A stretch of 63,136 nt of DNA, filler included, from Lenisia limosa (GCA_001655205.1; 13 parts of 13 records of this genome joined end to end with filler, not necessarily neighbours in it); one strand, 5' to 3'. Shown: positions 1-12,144, numbered from the whole stretch's first letter. Notes: generated by a model not told the origin, from the sequence alone. Numbers and translations: made by a program.

Positions 1-341
1 TCGACCAGATACATCTTTATTTTTATTTTTCATTGATATACATGTATGTATAATGTGCATATAGTACGTATTATATAATACTAATATTATAGTAATTATA
101 CATAATATATATATGTATTATGTATATTAAATATATTATTGTATATCATATCATATTATTGTAAATATATACTGCATACCATAGTGTATTAAATATCAGT
201 TTGGGGGGGGGGTTAATAAATAGGCCATATGACTGAGAATCACTTTCATCACTAACCCACACCCCTTGATAATAGACCTCCATTTTTTATTTGCTATTTA
301 TTTAGCAACTTTTTTTTTGCAAAGGATTTCTATTCAACTAA

Positions 342-417
342 CCCCAATAGGGCCAGTCTTCAAATCGAAGTAGCCGAAGTTCCTGTGAAATTCCTGAAAG
401 AGTCCATGAAGAGATCT
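342..417 (-). CDS. Possible exon of an unidentified gene (weak protein-tyrosine-phosphatase-like flavour)
   Basis: AG..GT-bounded segment reads ISSWTLSGISQELRLLRFEDWPYW; the F..WP resembles the PTP WPD-loop region but there is no decisive motif. Confidence 0.25.
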
Positions 418-1028
418 AGGTAAAGGTATTGCCACCTTCTGTATTTGTTTAGTCTATTGCTTCTTCTTTTGTTGTTTCCTTCTTGATACACTATCATCAT
501 ATAGTTTTCCAGTAGAGATTCGACAACAATAGTTTTTTTTTTCAAAAGTGTCGTTGTACTAGAGATGAAGTCATAACTCTGGGCATTTTTTCTTTTTTGA
601 GAATGTTATTTTATAATTTTGAAATACTATGATATGATATCATAAGAGCTATGAAGAGATTTTGGTGAAGCTGTCTGGAGATATTCGAAACTTAGCAAGA
701 GTATACTAATAAAGACCCCCATCCAAGACTGTGTATCATTATAGCCAGAATTTTTATAATTACGAAAGGTCATTTTAGATTCATTTTGAAAAGTAACATA
801 TGATACGATATGTCAAATGTATTGTATGATACATACCATAGTATGATCGCGTAAGTCTTCCAAGAGAGATTTGAAAGAATAGTTTTCACGTGAGTCACAC
901 TACTAAGATGATTTTTAAACATCAGGACTGTATGTGAAATTTTTACTCATTGCAAACATTAGTTTTTCGCTTTTTGCGATAGTGCTTTGTACATAAACAT
1001 ATGAAATTATATATGATATGATATACTG

Positions 1029-1847
1029 TATATATAGTTAAAACCGCGAACATGATTAAAACCGCGAACAAAAAGGAGGCTTTTCTNNNNNNNNNNTGAG
1101 AATAGGCAGGGGTGTCAACATACATGCAAAATACCACCTTCATGGTACTTCAATTTTTATGCGAAATACATTAAAAACACTGATTATGGGCCTAGAATTG
1201 TCCCTGCGATAAAGTGAAGACGTTCTTGCACCATCAGATTTGATTTTTTTTTTCCACTCTTGAGTAACCAAGAGAATAGGGCAAAAAATGAGCGTAAATT
1301 TCCCAAAAATGGGCGAAAATATGATAGAAGATGTNNNNNNNNNNNNNNNNNNNNNNNNNNNNNNNNNNNNNNNNNNNNNNNNNNNNNNNNNNNNNNNNNN
1401 NNNNNNNNNNNNNNNNNNNNNNNNNNNNNNNNNNNNNNNNNNNNNNNNNNNNNNNNNNNNNNNNNNNNNNNNNNNNNNNNNNNNNNNNNNNNNNNNNNNN
1501 NNNNNNNNNNNNNNNNNNNNNNNNNNNNNNNNNNNNNNNNNNNNNNNNNNNNNNNNNNNNNNNNNNNNNNNNNNNNNNNNNNNNNNNNNNNNNNNNNNNN
1601 NNNNNNNNACGTAAAGGAAACTGCGTGACCCCAGCCGGGTCGATTCTGATCAAAAAATCTTTTTTTTTCGATTTTTTTATCTCCTCTTTTTTCTTCTTTT
1701 TTGCTCATATTTCTTTGTTTTGATGTTATTGATAGTCTAGTACTCAAAACTGCCGAATTTCACACTAAAAAGGGTGTTATTGAAGCGATTTATGTCGATT
1801 TTTGGCTTGTTCGCGGTTTTAATCATGTTCGCGGTTTTAATCACCAA
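1029..1847 (+). mobile_element. Family B non-autonomous element (~0.8 kb) with doubled subterminal inverted repeats, copy 1
   Basis: TTAAAACCGCGAAC-ATGA-TTAAAACCGCGAAC at 1038-1069 and its reverse complement at about 1809-1840; a near-identical inverted copy lies at 31746-32691. No coding capacity seen (contains N gaps). Confidence 0.85.
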
Positions 1848-1934
1848 TTATTCTTGAAAATAGTTCATTGTACATTTGTCGACATTATATAAAATATGAG
1901 ATTTAGAGATTCGTTAAAAGCACTCTGAACCGAC

Positions 1935-2036
1935 CAGGGCTTCCCTACGTCCCAGAAAAGACCGAATCTTTGATAACCTCAATATATACATCGATATTTT
2001 TTTAAGCGGTCTTTTTTGGACCGTAGGGAAGCCCTA
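1935..2036. mobile_element. hAT-like MITE family A, subfamily A2
   Basis: AGGGCTTCCCTACG...CGTAGGGAAGCCCTA terminal inverted repeats. Confidence 0.85.
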
Positions 2037-2706
2037 CTCATAAGTGTCTACTGCTTCCCGTGTAAATAGTGGAACTCAAGGATTCGCCGCGGTGAGACAG
2101 GAAAATACCCAGGTACTGCGGAAATAACGTTTTTTATTGATCAACTGATGCGTTTCTGATGACATGCGCGCTTCACTCGGATCTAAACAATTATTTCATC
2201 ATTACACAATATAATTACTGGGATAACCATTTAAAACAGGGAATTCCAACTTCTTCATAAACACTGCGACACCCATTTAAATAAAGATCCCAAATTCATA
2301 AAAAAATCCCAAGTTGATGGGCTTGGATGAGAAAGTTGAGTCATAACCAAGGGACAATTGTCTTTAACAAGTTCGTACTATGATATCGTGTCTAAGTCAC
2401 AAAACAATTTAAATTACAGTTGTAGATGCCTGCAAAGTGATAGCTCACCACATCTGGACAACCACCACCACTTTCAGTNNNNNNNNNNNNNNNNNNNNNN
2501 NNNNNNNNNNNNNNNNNNNNNNNNNNNNNNNNNNNNNNNNNNNNNNNNNNNNNNNNNNNNNNNNNNNNNNNNNNNNNNNTCTTAGCTTGTCTAAAAATGC
2601 GGTGGCTCTAACATCTGTAGTTGCAAAAATTAACCTTTTATTTTTTATCCACAGACGCTGTCACCCCCTTTTAAGATGATCCCACATTTTAGCCCTCCTC
2701 CCGTAC

Positions 2707-5700
2707 CTGGTCAATCTAGAGAGGACACGAGCCGCTTCATCAGAGGTCTTGAACACCGGGATTCCAGCAGTGGCAAAGAGCTTGCGAAGGGGGGCGTAGA
2801 GCTCTCCTGCGAGTGGTGATGGGAGAGGGGGGGGGGTGCAAGCTTCACTTTGGTTCAAAAAACGACTGAATTTATCGATAAATTCTCNNNNNNNNNNNNN
2901 NNNNNNNNNNNNNNNNNNNNNNNNNNNNNNNNNNNNNNNNNNNNNNNNNNNNNNNNNNNNNNNNNNNNNNNNNNNNNNNNGGTTTTTTTTTTCCGAGCCG
3001 GTGAAGCCCTAGGTGTAATGGGCTTTATTTAATGGGTGAGGACATGTTGAATTATTATGTAACCGGGGTGATGTATTAGTGTATTAGAGTGGGGACTGCT
3101 CAAGAAGGAGTGCGAGTGCATACCAAATATTTTCTAATCAAATCTAGCATTCCATGGTCAATCTAGGTTGCCCAAGTAATTAACCTACCACATTCAATGA
3201 CCACAACAACCGGCTTTTCAACCTCCGCTGCTACACTTGACAATCTGGATACAATTTGAGATTTGTTTTAAATTCAAGGAGTTGAAACCTTTGAACAAGT
3301 AAATAATAACATTAATCTTGGGAAACAAATAAATTAGATGCCTCATAAAAACTGACTCTTCAGCAAAGAAAAAAGAATGAAATTTAAGATACAATACATA
3401 GTTCAACATGTCATTTGAAACAATATCGCTGGGGGAAAGGAAAATTCCTGCCTATAACCATTTATAAACACTCATATGCAAACACAACATATTTTACCAT
3501 GTCAATTTATATAAAAGGTGGCCCTAAAAGTACCTCATAAAAACAGAATCATCATCAAGCACTTCCTTCTCCAGTGTTTTCAGTTGACCGACTTCGGGCA
3601 GAATACCGACAATAACAGCGTCAACCATGGAGTCTTTTAGGACAATACGCAATACATCCTCAAATCTAATGAGTTAATTAGGATTGAATTAAGTGAGTAT
3701 ATAATGTTTTATCATTTTAACATGTCCTCAAATCAATGATTAAATGAAATGCCATGTTTAAAATAGTACATTAAGGTCGAGGAGAAAGTAGGTTCTTATT
3801 ATTACTGAACAACTACATATCATATGTTTGAAAATGTTACAACCTAGTATGTATTTTTACTTTGTCTGTAAGATATATATTCGGCATTTTCAATTACTGT
3901 AATTGCCATAATATGATTAATTGTGTAAAATATCACTTTTATCACTTTTTGTTATTCTTTTAACTTCCCATTTGGCTGTTCCCCTCACATATCACAAGCC
4001 TCCCCATTACCCCGCATCATCAATAGCCGCGGTGAGATCCAAAATCTGTCCGACGTCAATGATGGAATTGAGGCCTGAAAAGGTGAATCATGAAGAATCA
4101 AATGTATAAAATACAAGTAACTACATAGAGATGCCAGACAGGTAGTGGAAATGACACTTGCAATAATCACTCATAGATAAGGGTTTATCCAGGTTTTTAA
4201 CAATTGGCTCTTTGTGTTGGATATAGTACAGTCTCCCAATTTTCAAGTTCTATGTTCATTCTTTCAGTCTGCTATGATTAATGATTGAATTGTAAGTAAT
4301 TTATGTTCTATTTGCAAGTAGTATCTTCAATTTCTCAAATGATATATTTTCAAGTTTTTTTTAAAAAATTTGATTGAAGTGACACTCAAGTACTAATCAT
4401 CAGGTATTCTATGCAATATCCAAGAATCTGTTGTCAACTACTGCAACAATTAATTCTACCTCCTTTTGGAATCACGTCGGTATGAAAACAATCGGTAAAG
4501 TATCGAAACATATCGATAATTTATCGATTCAGTCATTTTCAGGATTGTATTTTATCCAGCATACCATATCGTTTGAAGACGTGGTTGACTTCTGTCTGTG
4601 TTTTAGTGCTGAACCGGGCAATTTGGCAAAACGGCCCCTTAATATGGTCGGCAAAGGCACACTTCTCAAACCCGCCATTTGACATTCCGGCCACTTGCAG
4701 AGCCTGTGGAGGTAATCATTTGTGTCAATGTACTTTTAAGACGGAATTACACCAGAAATACATCTCACCCTTCCTGGTGCTGCAAAAGGCAAATTGGGGC
4801 AGAGAGACACAGTGGTCAGAAGATGGTCGAACTCGGAGAATGTGTCAGCAAATACGGCACCATGCGGCCTGATTGTGAGCTAGATCGCCCATCCACACCA
4901 TTCTTCAGGAAATGCATGTTTGATCTTTGGGTATCTATATTTCGATCACTTTCCCCATCAATCCCCACCACCCCTTCATCACCGGGTTTCTAGGGAATAT
5001 AAGACTTAGGACAACCCACATAAGGAAGTTTTTGAACTGCTGATAGTCTCCGGTAAGACACGCGGTGTGACCTCGTGTAGCATCACGTCCCTCTGCTGTG
5101 CGGCCGGCCTTGTAGATGATCACAGATCTGCAGGTCAAAATTTATGCTGGTTTCATTTAAGTAGTTGCTAATGAATTTGTAATCGCTTTGATCTGTGGAG
5201 GGTCAGGGTTAATAATAATAATATGTTAAATATTTCCTGAAATTTGAGGATTATTGCTGATCTGTGGGTATGTGTGATCATATTAGATTGGAGACATTGC
5301 GACAATTGATAATACACTTAGAAACATTTTATATATTTGAACATTATACACCTAAATTTGAATTTTCACCTCTTATATTGGCACCCACATAATTGCAAAA
5401 TCCCATTTCAACTGTTTTGAAAGAGCAACCTTCTCAGAAATGCTTTGTCATCGTTGTGCCATAGCCATTTGAAATGACTCCCTCATTTCAATAGCATTCC
5501 GTGTTAACATCAACCCGCCCACTATTTCATCATAATACTGAAACATTCACATCCTCTCACCTTTTTGAACATGAAACCCTCTCTGCTTATTTTAACAAAA
5601 TATGCTTGAATTTTAACCCCCTCTTCTGACCGTTTTGACATGACAGCTTTTTCGGACAGTTTCATGAGGCGTAAACCATCACCATCAGCAAGTCCTTCAA

Positions 5701-7218
5701 GATACATGCCTAAACAGGAAATAAGTTGATCACTGTCAGTTTTTGGCTAATTTTAAATATTTTAGATTCTGAAATGGACTTCTTTGAAACGTCTCATTTG
5801 ATCTTATTTAAAAATGAATCTCAAAAATTTGAAGGGAGACATATTATGAACTCTATTTCAGACACAGTATTTCAATTTTAATTTCGAAAAAGAGGAGTTT
5901 TCTGATATTCAATTGAATTGGTTCTTCAATGTGCTTTTGCCCCCAGATCAGGCAGTATGAGGTCCTAATCCCTTGCAAAAACAAAATTATAGCTTGCGAT
6001 CAATAGCATCCACAATATTTGATGAAATTGATTACGCTCAAATGAATAAAATGAAGAATTTTTAAAATATGAATTGCGCTGAGTCTTAATAATTATCAAA
6101 TCAAGCACGGTTTGATAAGGGAAAGTAGGTGACATTATTTTTATGAGATTATTGAGTTTCCAAAATTAGTTCCAAATATACTATCATTAAATTTGGAAAA
6201 AATGCGTGAAAAAAGAGTCTTATCTACCAGTTTATTGTATTATTTTTGCTATTTCTAACTGTGTCTCACAAAATGTATCCTATAATGTATCCTCAAATGA
6301 TGATAATTTAGTCCTAAAAGACCCCAATTTAAGATGTAAGCTTGATTGTTTCTTTGATTTGACATTTTATTTCACATACTATACATATCATGTATATTTA
6401 TTGTTACACAAATAATTTCGCGTGTTGGTGGATTAATATTGCAGATATAGACATTATAAATGGTTTTAACCTTGATCAGTGATGTGCCCCTATCTCAAAT
6501 TCAACAGAGACATATCCACAAATGTGACACGCTTGTATCTTGTGTAAAACGTTTCACTATTTTATAAATGTGAATACTGCCTTTTTGTATAAAACTCATA
6601 ATTACACGTGTCATCATGATAATAAAAGAGGAATCCATCCTGCCTGACCCACCAAAACCTATTTGGCAATAACGGTTAATTTCACATCCTCTATTCAAGG
6701 TTCAAGGTATATTCCCCACTCTCAATGCAGTGTTTCTTTCCCTCCTCTTTTACAAGTTCACCCCTTCCCTCTCAAAAAAAGAATTGGTTTTGGGCTTGTT
6801 TTGCTTCAAAAATTTCCAATTTTGACCCCTCACCAATACAGGTTAGGTCTGTTCTATTCTCCAAAATGTATTCCAAGAAATCAGCAGCTGAAACGTCCAT
6901 CTAATTTGTAGTTAATTTCTGAGATAGAGCAATCAGGGTGGAGTGGGTATGTAGAGCGAGGGAAGGGTAATGCAAAAATTGTTCATAAATTACAACAATA
7001 CGAAAAACCCCAAACTAGTTTTCAATGTCATTACAGCAAGGGATGATGAGGATTAGTACTATCAACTACCAATGTATCCTCCACTTGTCTGATTAAAGCA
7101 TTGTCCCACCTGGTTTCCAATACTGATGCAGCAAGATGGTGAGGTGGATTCACAGATGTCACTGATGCGACTGAGCATAAACCCGCCACTTTGGCAGATT
7201 AGAGCCATGTTTTCAGGC
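2707..7218 (-). CDS. ADP-forming acyl-CoA synthetase (acetate-CoA ligase, CoA-binding/ligase domains), partial, multi-exon
   Basis: Spliced peptides in order: PENMALICQSGGFMLSRISD..ISIGNQ / MDVSAADFLEYIL / GMYLEGLADGDGLRLM / SVIIYKAGRTAEGRDATRGHTACLTGDY / GAVFADTFSEFDHL / VAGMSNGGFEKCAFAD / ILDLTAAIDDAG / DAVIVGILP / GELYAPLRKLFATAGIPVFKTSDEAARVL. These are the characteristic AcdA-family motifs. Confidence 0.85.
2841..3011. mobile_element. hAT-like MITE family A1 (gap inside)
   Basis: GCTTCACTTTGGTTCAAAAA...CCGGTGAAGCCCTA. Confidence 0.75.
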
Positions 7219-7631
7219 CTGGGGGACTACAAAGTTAGAAGGAATTGGTAAAGATTAGAAATTTGGGTGTTCTAGTAAGAACCTCCAAAATTTGAAAAGA
7301 GGTTTATTACACCATATGCGTCCGTTCAAAATTCCGGTTTTTTTGCCAATTCCGGTTTTTAGACAATCTTGAAGTTGAATTCTCTCAAAAAGTGGTGGAA
7401 ACCACAGAAGGATCTTGAAAGAAAAATTTTTTTTTATTATTTTTTGAAAAAATTTGACCTTAAAGTCAAAATATTCCTTGACTAATCTTTTAAAAAAATG
7501 ATTTTTTTGTGTTTATGCCCGTTCCACTTAGTTTAGTTTCGAATAAAGCCTTTTTCTGAAACCGCAGACCTACCTATGGATTCATGCAGTTTTCGTCAAA
7601 AAATATTTTGATAGGCTTGAGATATATCCAC

Positions 7632-7731
7632 NNNNNNNNNNNNNNNNNNNNNNNNNNNNNNNNNNNNNNNNNNNNTTAATTAATTAANNNNNNNNNNNNN
7701 NNNNNNNNNNNNNNNNNNNNNNNNNNNNNNN
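7632..7731. other. Artificial contig spacer 1
   Basis: 44 N + TTAATTAATTAA (stops in all six frames) + 44 N. Confidence 0.97.
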
Positions 7732-7934
7732 GGGGGGGGGGGGAGTAAAATTGGAACATTTACCCCATCTTCTTCATCATATGATATACAGTTACCGTGA
7801 TAAGTCTTGACCGATTTACTATGTGATTTCCCAAGGAAAATCGGTCAAGACTTATCCCGGTCACTGTACATGTACTAACTCCCCCCCTCCCCGCCAATAT
7901 CATTTCGAAATTTCCTTCGATATACTCCGCCCAC

Positions 7935-9869
7935 CTTCTCCAGCTCTTGGTTCTTCTTTTTGAGTTCGTAGATTCTTCGCTCCTTGTCGCTAATCGTCTC
8001 GTCTCTCTAAGGGGGAGTGACAAGGGAAATTTGGGAAATAAAAATGAAAAAAGTGAGAGGAGGGGGGTGAAAAAGATAATCATGATGAATCTCAACATAA
8101 TTCACATCGATCAATTTCATAAAACACTGTCATTTCTGTTTGTTGTCGAAATTTTGCATACTTAAACAAACCAACACCAATATCTGAGTAAGAAGTCCTC
8201 CCAGAGATCTTCAGATCACCCCCCCCCCCAGACCTCATTAATTTCCTTCTTTAAGCCGACAATGTCCTTCTCAAGGTTGTTGATTTGGGCGTAAAGCTGT
8301 TTTTTCGATTCGAATAGGGACAGGATTTCTTCCTTATGATCCTCTATGTCTTTCTGGAGCGCTGCAAACTTCTTACGCATGATACCGTTTTCTCCCTTGA
8401 GTCTGGGGGGGTAAAATTGGAAAAAATTTTAAACAAAAAAAGCCCAAAGGGGAGGCTGTGAATATCAACATCATCATCATCATTTAATTACCACATCCCA
8501 ACAAACCTCAAGGACGTTTGCCTCTCAACCGCAAGCTTATGCTCGTAACGATCTTTCAGATCCTCGATTTCTTGATCCGCGTCTTCCTCAACTTGTTTCT
8601 TTGTCTCCTCAAACTCAGACAATAAATCTTCCTGGAGGGAGGGGGAGGTAAAAATAGAGAAAAATGGAACAATTATGAAATAAAGGATGTGAGAGAGGGG
8701 GGGGGGGGAAAANNNNNNNNNNNNNNNNNNNNNNNNNNNNNNNNNNNNNNNNNNNNNNNNNNNNNNNNNNNNNNNNACAAACTGTTGGCTTGCAACACAC
8801 GAGGGTTAAGAACAACTAAACAAAAATGGCAACAAAGAGATAATACTCCCGCGAACTTTTTCTACAGAGTACTGCTCAATCTGGGCCTTGTCGGTCGCCA
8901 AACGGCTCTCATAGTCTTCAGTCAACTCCCTAATTAAACGGTCGTTAACGACCTTGTCTTCCTGAAGCTTTTTCTCCCTAAGACGTGAGAACGGTTGGGC
9001 GCAGAAGAATGGTAATATGCTTCTGGTGTCCCTATGTATTTATATGTTTCCCATGATTTCTAATGTATATCTATTCACTTGTTTAAAAAAGGTTGGGCTG
9101 TTTCGAATGGAGATGTTGCGAAACTTCCCAAGATTATCCCCCCTCCCCCCAGGACAATTTATTGTTAGCAAACAAGAGTTAAATTTGGGCTAATTATCAT
9201 TATTTATTATTTTTTGTTGTTTCATTAATCCCTCCAGCAACAACTATTAGAACTCTTTTACCCACAACCCCAACGTTGAGCATTAGCATTTTATTTCTCA
9301 GCAACAAGGGCAATAATTATCATGATAACAATAGTAATTATTATAATTATAATAAAACTACTGCCCAGCCTCCCACCATTGCGCATTAGCCTTTTCCTTC
9401 TCAGCAACCAAGGCATGGTAACGTTCAACCTCAGTCATGATTTTGGCTTGGTACGCGTTTTCGAGTTCCAATAGTTGTTGCTGTGGGGGGGGGGGGNNNN
9501 NNNNNNNNNNNNNNNNNNNNNNNNNNNNNNNNNNNNNNNNNNNNNNNNNNNNNNNNNNNNNNNNNNNNNNNNNNNNNNNNNNNNNNNNNNNNNNNNNNNN
9601 NNNNNNNNNNNNNNNNNNNNNNNNNNNNNNNNNNNNNNNNNNNNNNNNNNNNNNNNNNNNNNNNNNNNATATGAAACAAAAAAAAGCCCAAATCAGAGGA
9701 TTGATAACAACAACAAAAAATAATAAAAAATAATAAAAAATAATAAAAAATAATAATAAATATATATAAAATATTAACATTAACCCACTGCATGTTTCTC
9801 CTGGGTCACTCGGATTTTGTCCTCGTAGTCAACTTCGAGGTCGTTCTTCTCTTGAGCCAGAACCTCATA
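7935..9869 (-). CDS. CFAP57: Cilia- and flagella-associated protein 57 (WDR65), coiled-coil region, partial
   Basis: Exons give [20 protein letters not shown] / [18 protein letters not shown] / [29 protein letters not shown] / [20 protein letters not shown] / [24 protein letters not shown], matching the CFAP57 C-terminal half as I recall it. Confidence 0.9.
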
Positions 9870-9883
9870 CTGGGGGGGGGGGG

Positions 9884-9983
9884 NNNNNNNNNNNNNNNNN
9901 NNNNNNNNNNNNNNNNNNNNNNNNNNNTTAATTAATTAANNNNNNNNNNNNNNNNNNNNNNNNNNNNNNNNNNNNNNNNNNNN
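9884..9983. other. Artificial contig spacer 2
   Basis: 44 N + TTAATTAATTAA + 44 N. Confidence 0.97.
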
Positions 9984-10127
9984 ATGGTCATTAAATGGGA
10001 AAGTAGATCAATAATGATGATTAAAGCAAGCTCTCAAATAAGAAGAAAAAAAAAATGGCTCGGTTAAGCGGCAAAATCAAACAGTCTTTGAGACATACAT
10101 ATGATATATGTATGATATGTTAACCTA

Positions 10128-10325
10128 TATCCACAAGTGAAATGATTATATGACCGACTTTCGAGCCGAAATGATGAACAGTTAACACGAGGGTTTACCC
10201 CGAGTGTATCAGAGTATCACTGGGACTTGTCAGTCAATTATCATACGAGTGGGTATGAGGTATCATATCACTGCGAGGAAAATGATAGTTCACAAGTGTG
10301 AAAATGACCCAAAAAGTGACATAAT
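10128..10325 (+). repeat. Dispersed repeat family C, longest copy
   Basis: ATGACCGACTTTCGAGCCGAAATGA...GGAAAATGATAGTTCACAAGTGTGAAAATGACCCAAAAAGTGACAT matches reverse-strand copies at about 47805-47902 and 49610-49755. Confidence 0.7.
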
Positions 10326-10508
10326 ACGTTTTGTGTTCTATCAGTAAAAATTGACGATATCCGGTGTGAATCACGCTCAATTTGCGTTATTTAAGAGCAT
10401 CCAAGAAAATTGTCTGATTTGATTAAATGGGAAAGGGGTCATCTAGTTCACAAACAAGTGCACCTCATATCACTATCCACTATATAATCATATTCCCCCT
10501 CCCCCCAC

Positions 10509-12144
10509 TTGTACAGTAAGGTATCTCGTGTAACCTGGTCTGAAAACGGCCTTGACTTCAGCATCACCCTGGGGGGGGGGGGGGGNNNNNNNNNNNNNNN
10601 NNNNNNNNNNNNNNNNNNNNNNNNNNNNNNNNNNNNNNNNNNNNNNNNNNNNNNNNNNNNNNNNNNNNNNNNNNNNNNNNNNNNNNNNNNNNNNNNNNNN
10701 NNNNNNNNNNNNNNNNNNNNNNNNNNNNNNNNNNNNNNNNNNNNNNNNNNNNNNNNNNNCTAGCTCCGGAGTGATTTTCAGCTGCACATGTAAATAAAAA
10801 TACAAATAGAAAATAAAAAATAAAAAATAAAAAATAAAAATAAAAAAAAAGGAGAAAAAAAGGAGAAAAAAATGGATATATAATAAAAATTATAGCAATG
10901 AGAAATATAAAATAAGGTTGTATCTGNNNNNNNNNNNNNNNNNNNNNNNNNNNNNNNNNNNNNNNNNNNNNNNNNNNNNNNNNNNNNNNNNNNNNNNNNN
11001 NNNNNNNNNNNNNNNNNNNNNNNNNNNNNNCCCACTCAAAAAAACAAACGAATTACTCCCCTCCCCACGTCTTTCGGTTCTTGCCATTGGGGCCAACTTG
11101 CGAGGGAAAGTACCCGGACTGTGCGTTCGTAACCAATGGTGTAGCCCTGGGGAAGGAGGGATCAGTTTTCCTTATTCTGTAACTAGGATTTTCTTCAAGA
11201 ATTGAGCTTGGTATTCATTTCATATGATAAGAATATATCATATATTATGATGTTATAATATAATACCTTGTTTAAATATATGTTCGTTCATAGCCTTTTT
11301 CAACAATATACATGTACGTATATACTATATGTATAATATATATAGTACTATTATATATATTTTGATATATTTATACACCTTTTTGAATTACATATCATAT
11401 CATATCATGTAGAGATGAACATTTGATACCAAGTTCTATACCTAAGGAATATGTTCTATCCATTAAAGATCTTTAAAATCCTCCTCAATTTCCCTGTTAA
11501 CCCATTAAAAAGTCCCTTCAATTTCACTGTTAACCCACCCTGTTTTGGCACGAAGCGTTGTAGTCATTAGAGATAATCACTGAATTCTCCATATCTGAAA
11601 ACATGCCTTCAAGCTGGGTGGGGGGTGAGATACAACTGAAAATTTATGAAACAAAAAAGCGAAAACCAAGAATGTTGGCAAGAAACAAACGATAGTTTAA
11701 NNNNNNNNNNNNNNNNNNNNNNNNNNNNNNNNNNNNNNNNNNNNNNNNNNNNNNNNNNNNNNNNNNNNNNNNNNNNNNNNNNNNNNNNNTGAGCTTCGAG
11801 ATCATTTGCTTTTCACTATCGTCTGAAGAGGAGGTCTGTGCCAACATCCGCTGGAAGTTTAAGATTCACTTTTATTCTTTGTATTGAAACAACAATAATT
11901 TTAATATTGGCTGCCTCATGTCCATTTATTATAACAAAAAAAAACTATGTGCTTTAAGAGGTGAAAAAGAGAGGTTTTTGTTTCGATTCACTTTTTTGTG
12001 TTTCTCAAGAGGGGGAAAAGGTATGAAGCAGTAACAGCAAAGTTGTATTCTTCCAACCTTCGCCAGTGCTCTTTTGTATGCAGCCTCGAAGATATCTCGG
12101 GAGTCCAGGAACCGAAAAACCATGATGACGTTACGAATCAATTC
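10509..12144 (-). CDS. Cullin family scaffold protein, partial
   Basis: Exons ELIRNVIMVFRFLDSRDIFEAAYKRALAK / RMLAQTSSSDDSEKQMISKL / ERTVRVLSLASWP / LKITPEL / GDAEVKAVF follow cullin-homology-domain motifs in the expected order. Confidence 0.85.

Noticed and set aside
1184-1747. Long ORFs spanning N runs here and elsewhere
   Set aside because: They are open only because N codons cannot be stops; this one lies in a non-coding repeat.
7676-7687. TTAATTAATTAA palindrome recurring 12 times as a biological site
   Set aside because: It is always centred in exactly 44+44 N: an artificial joiner.
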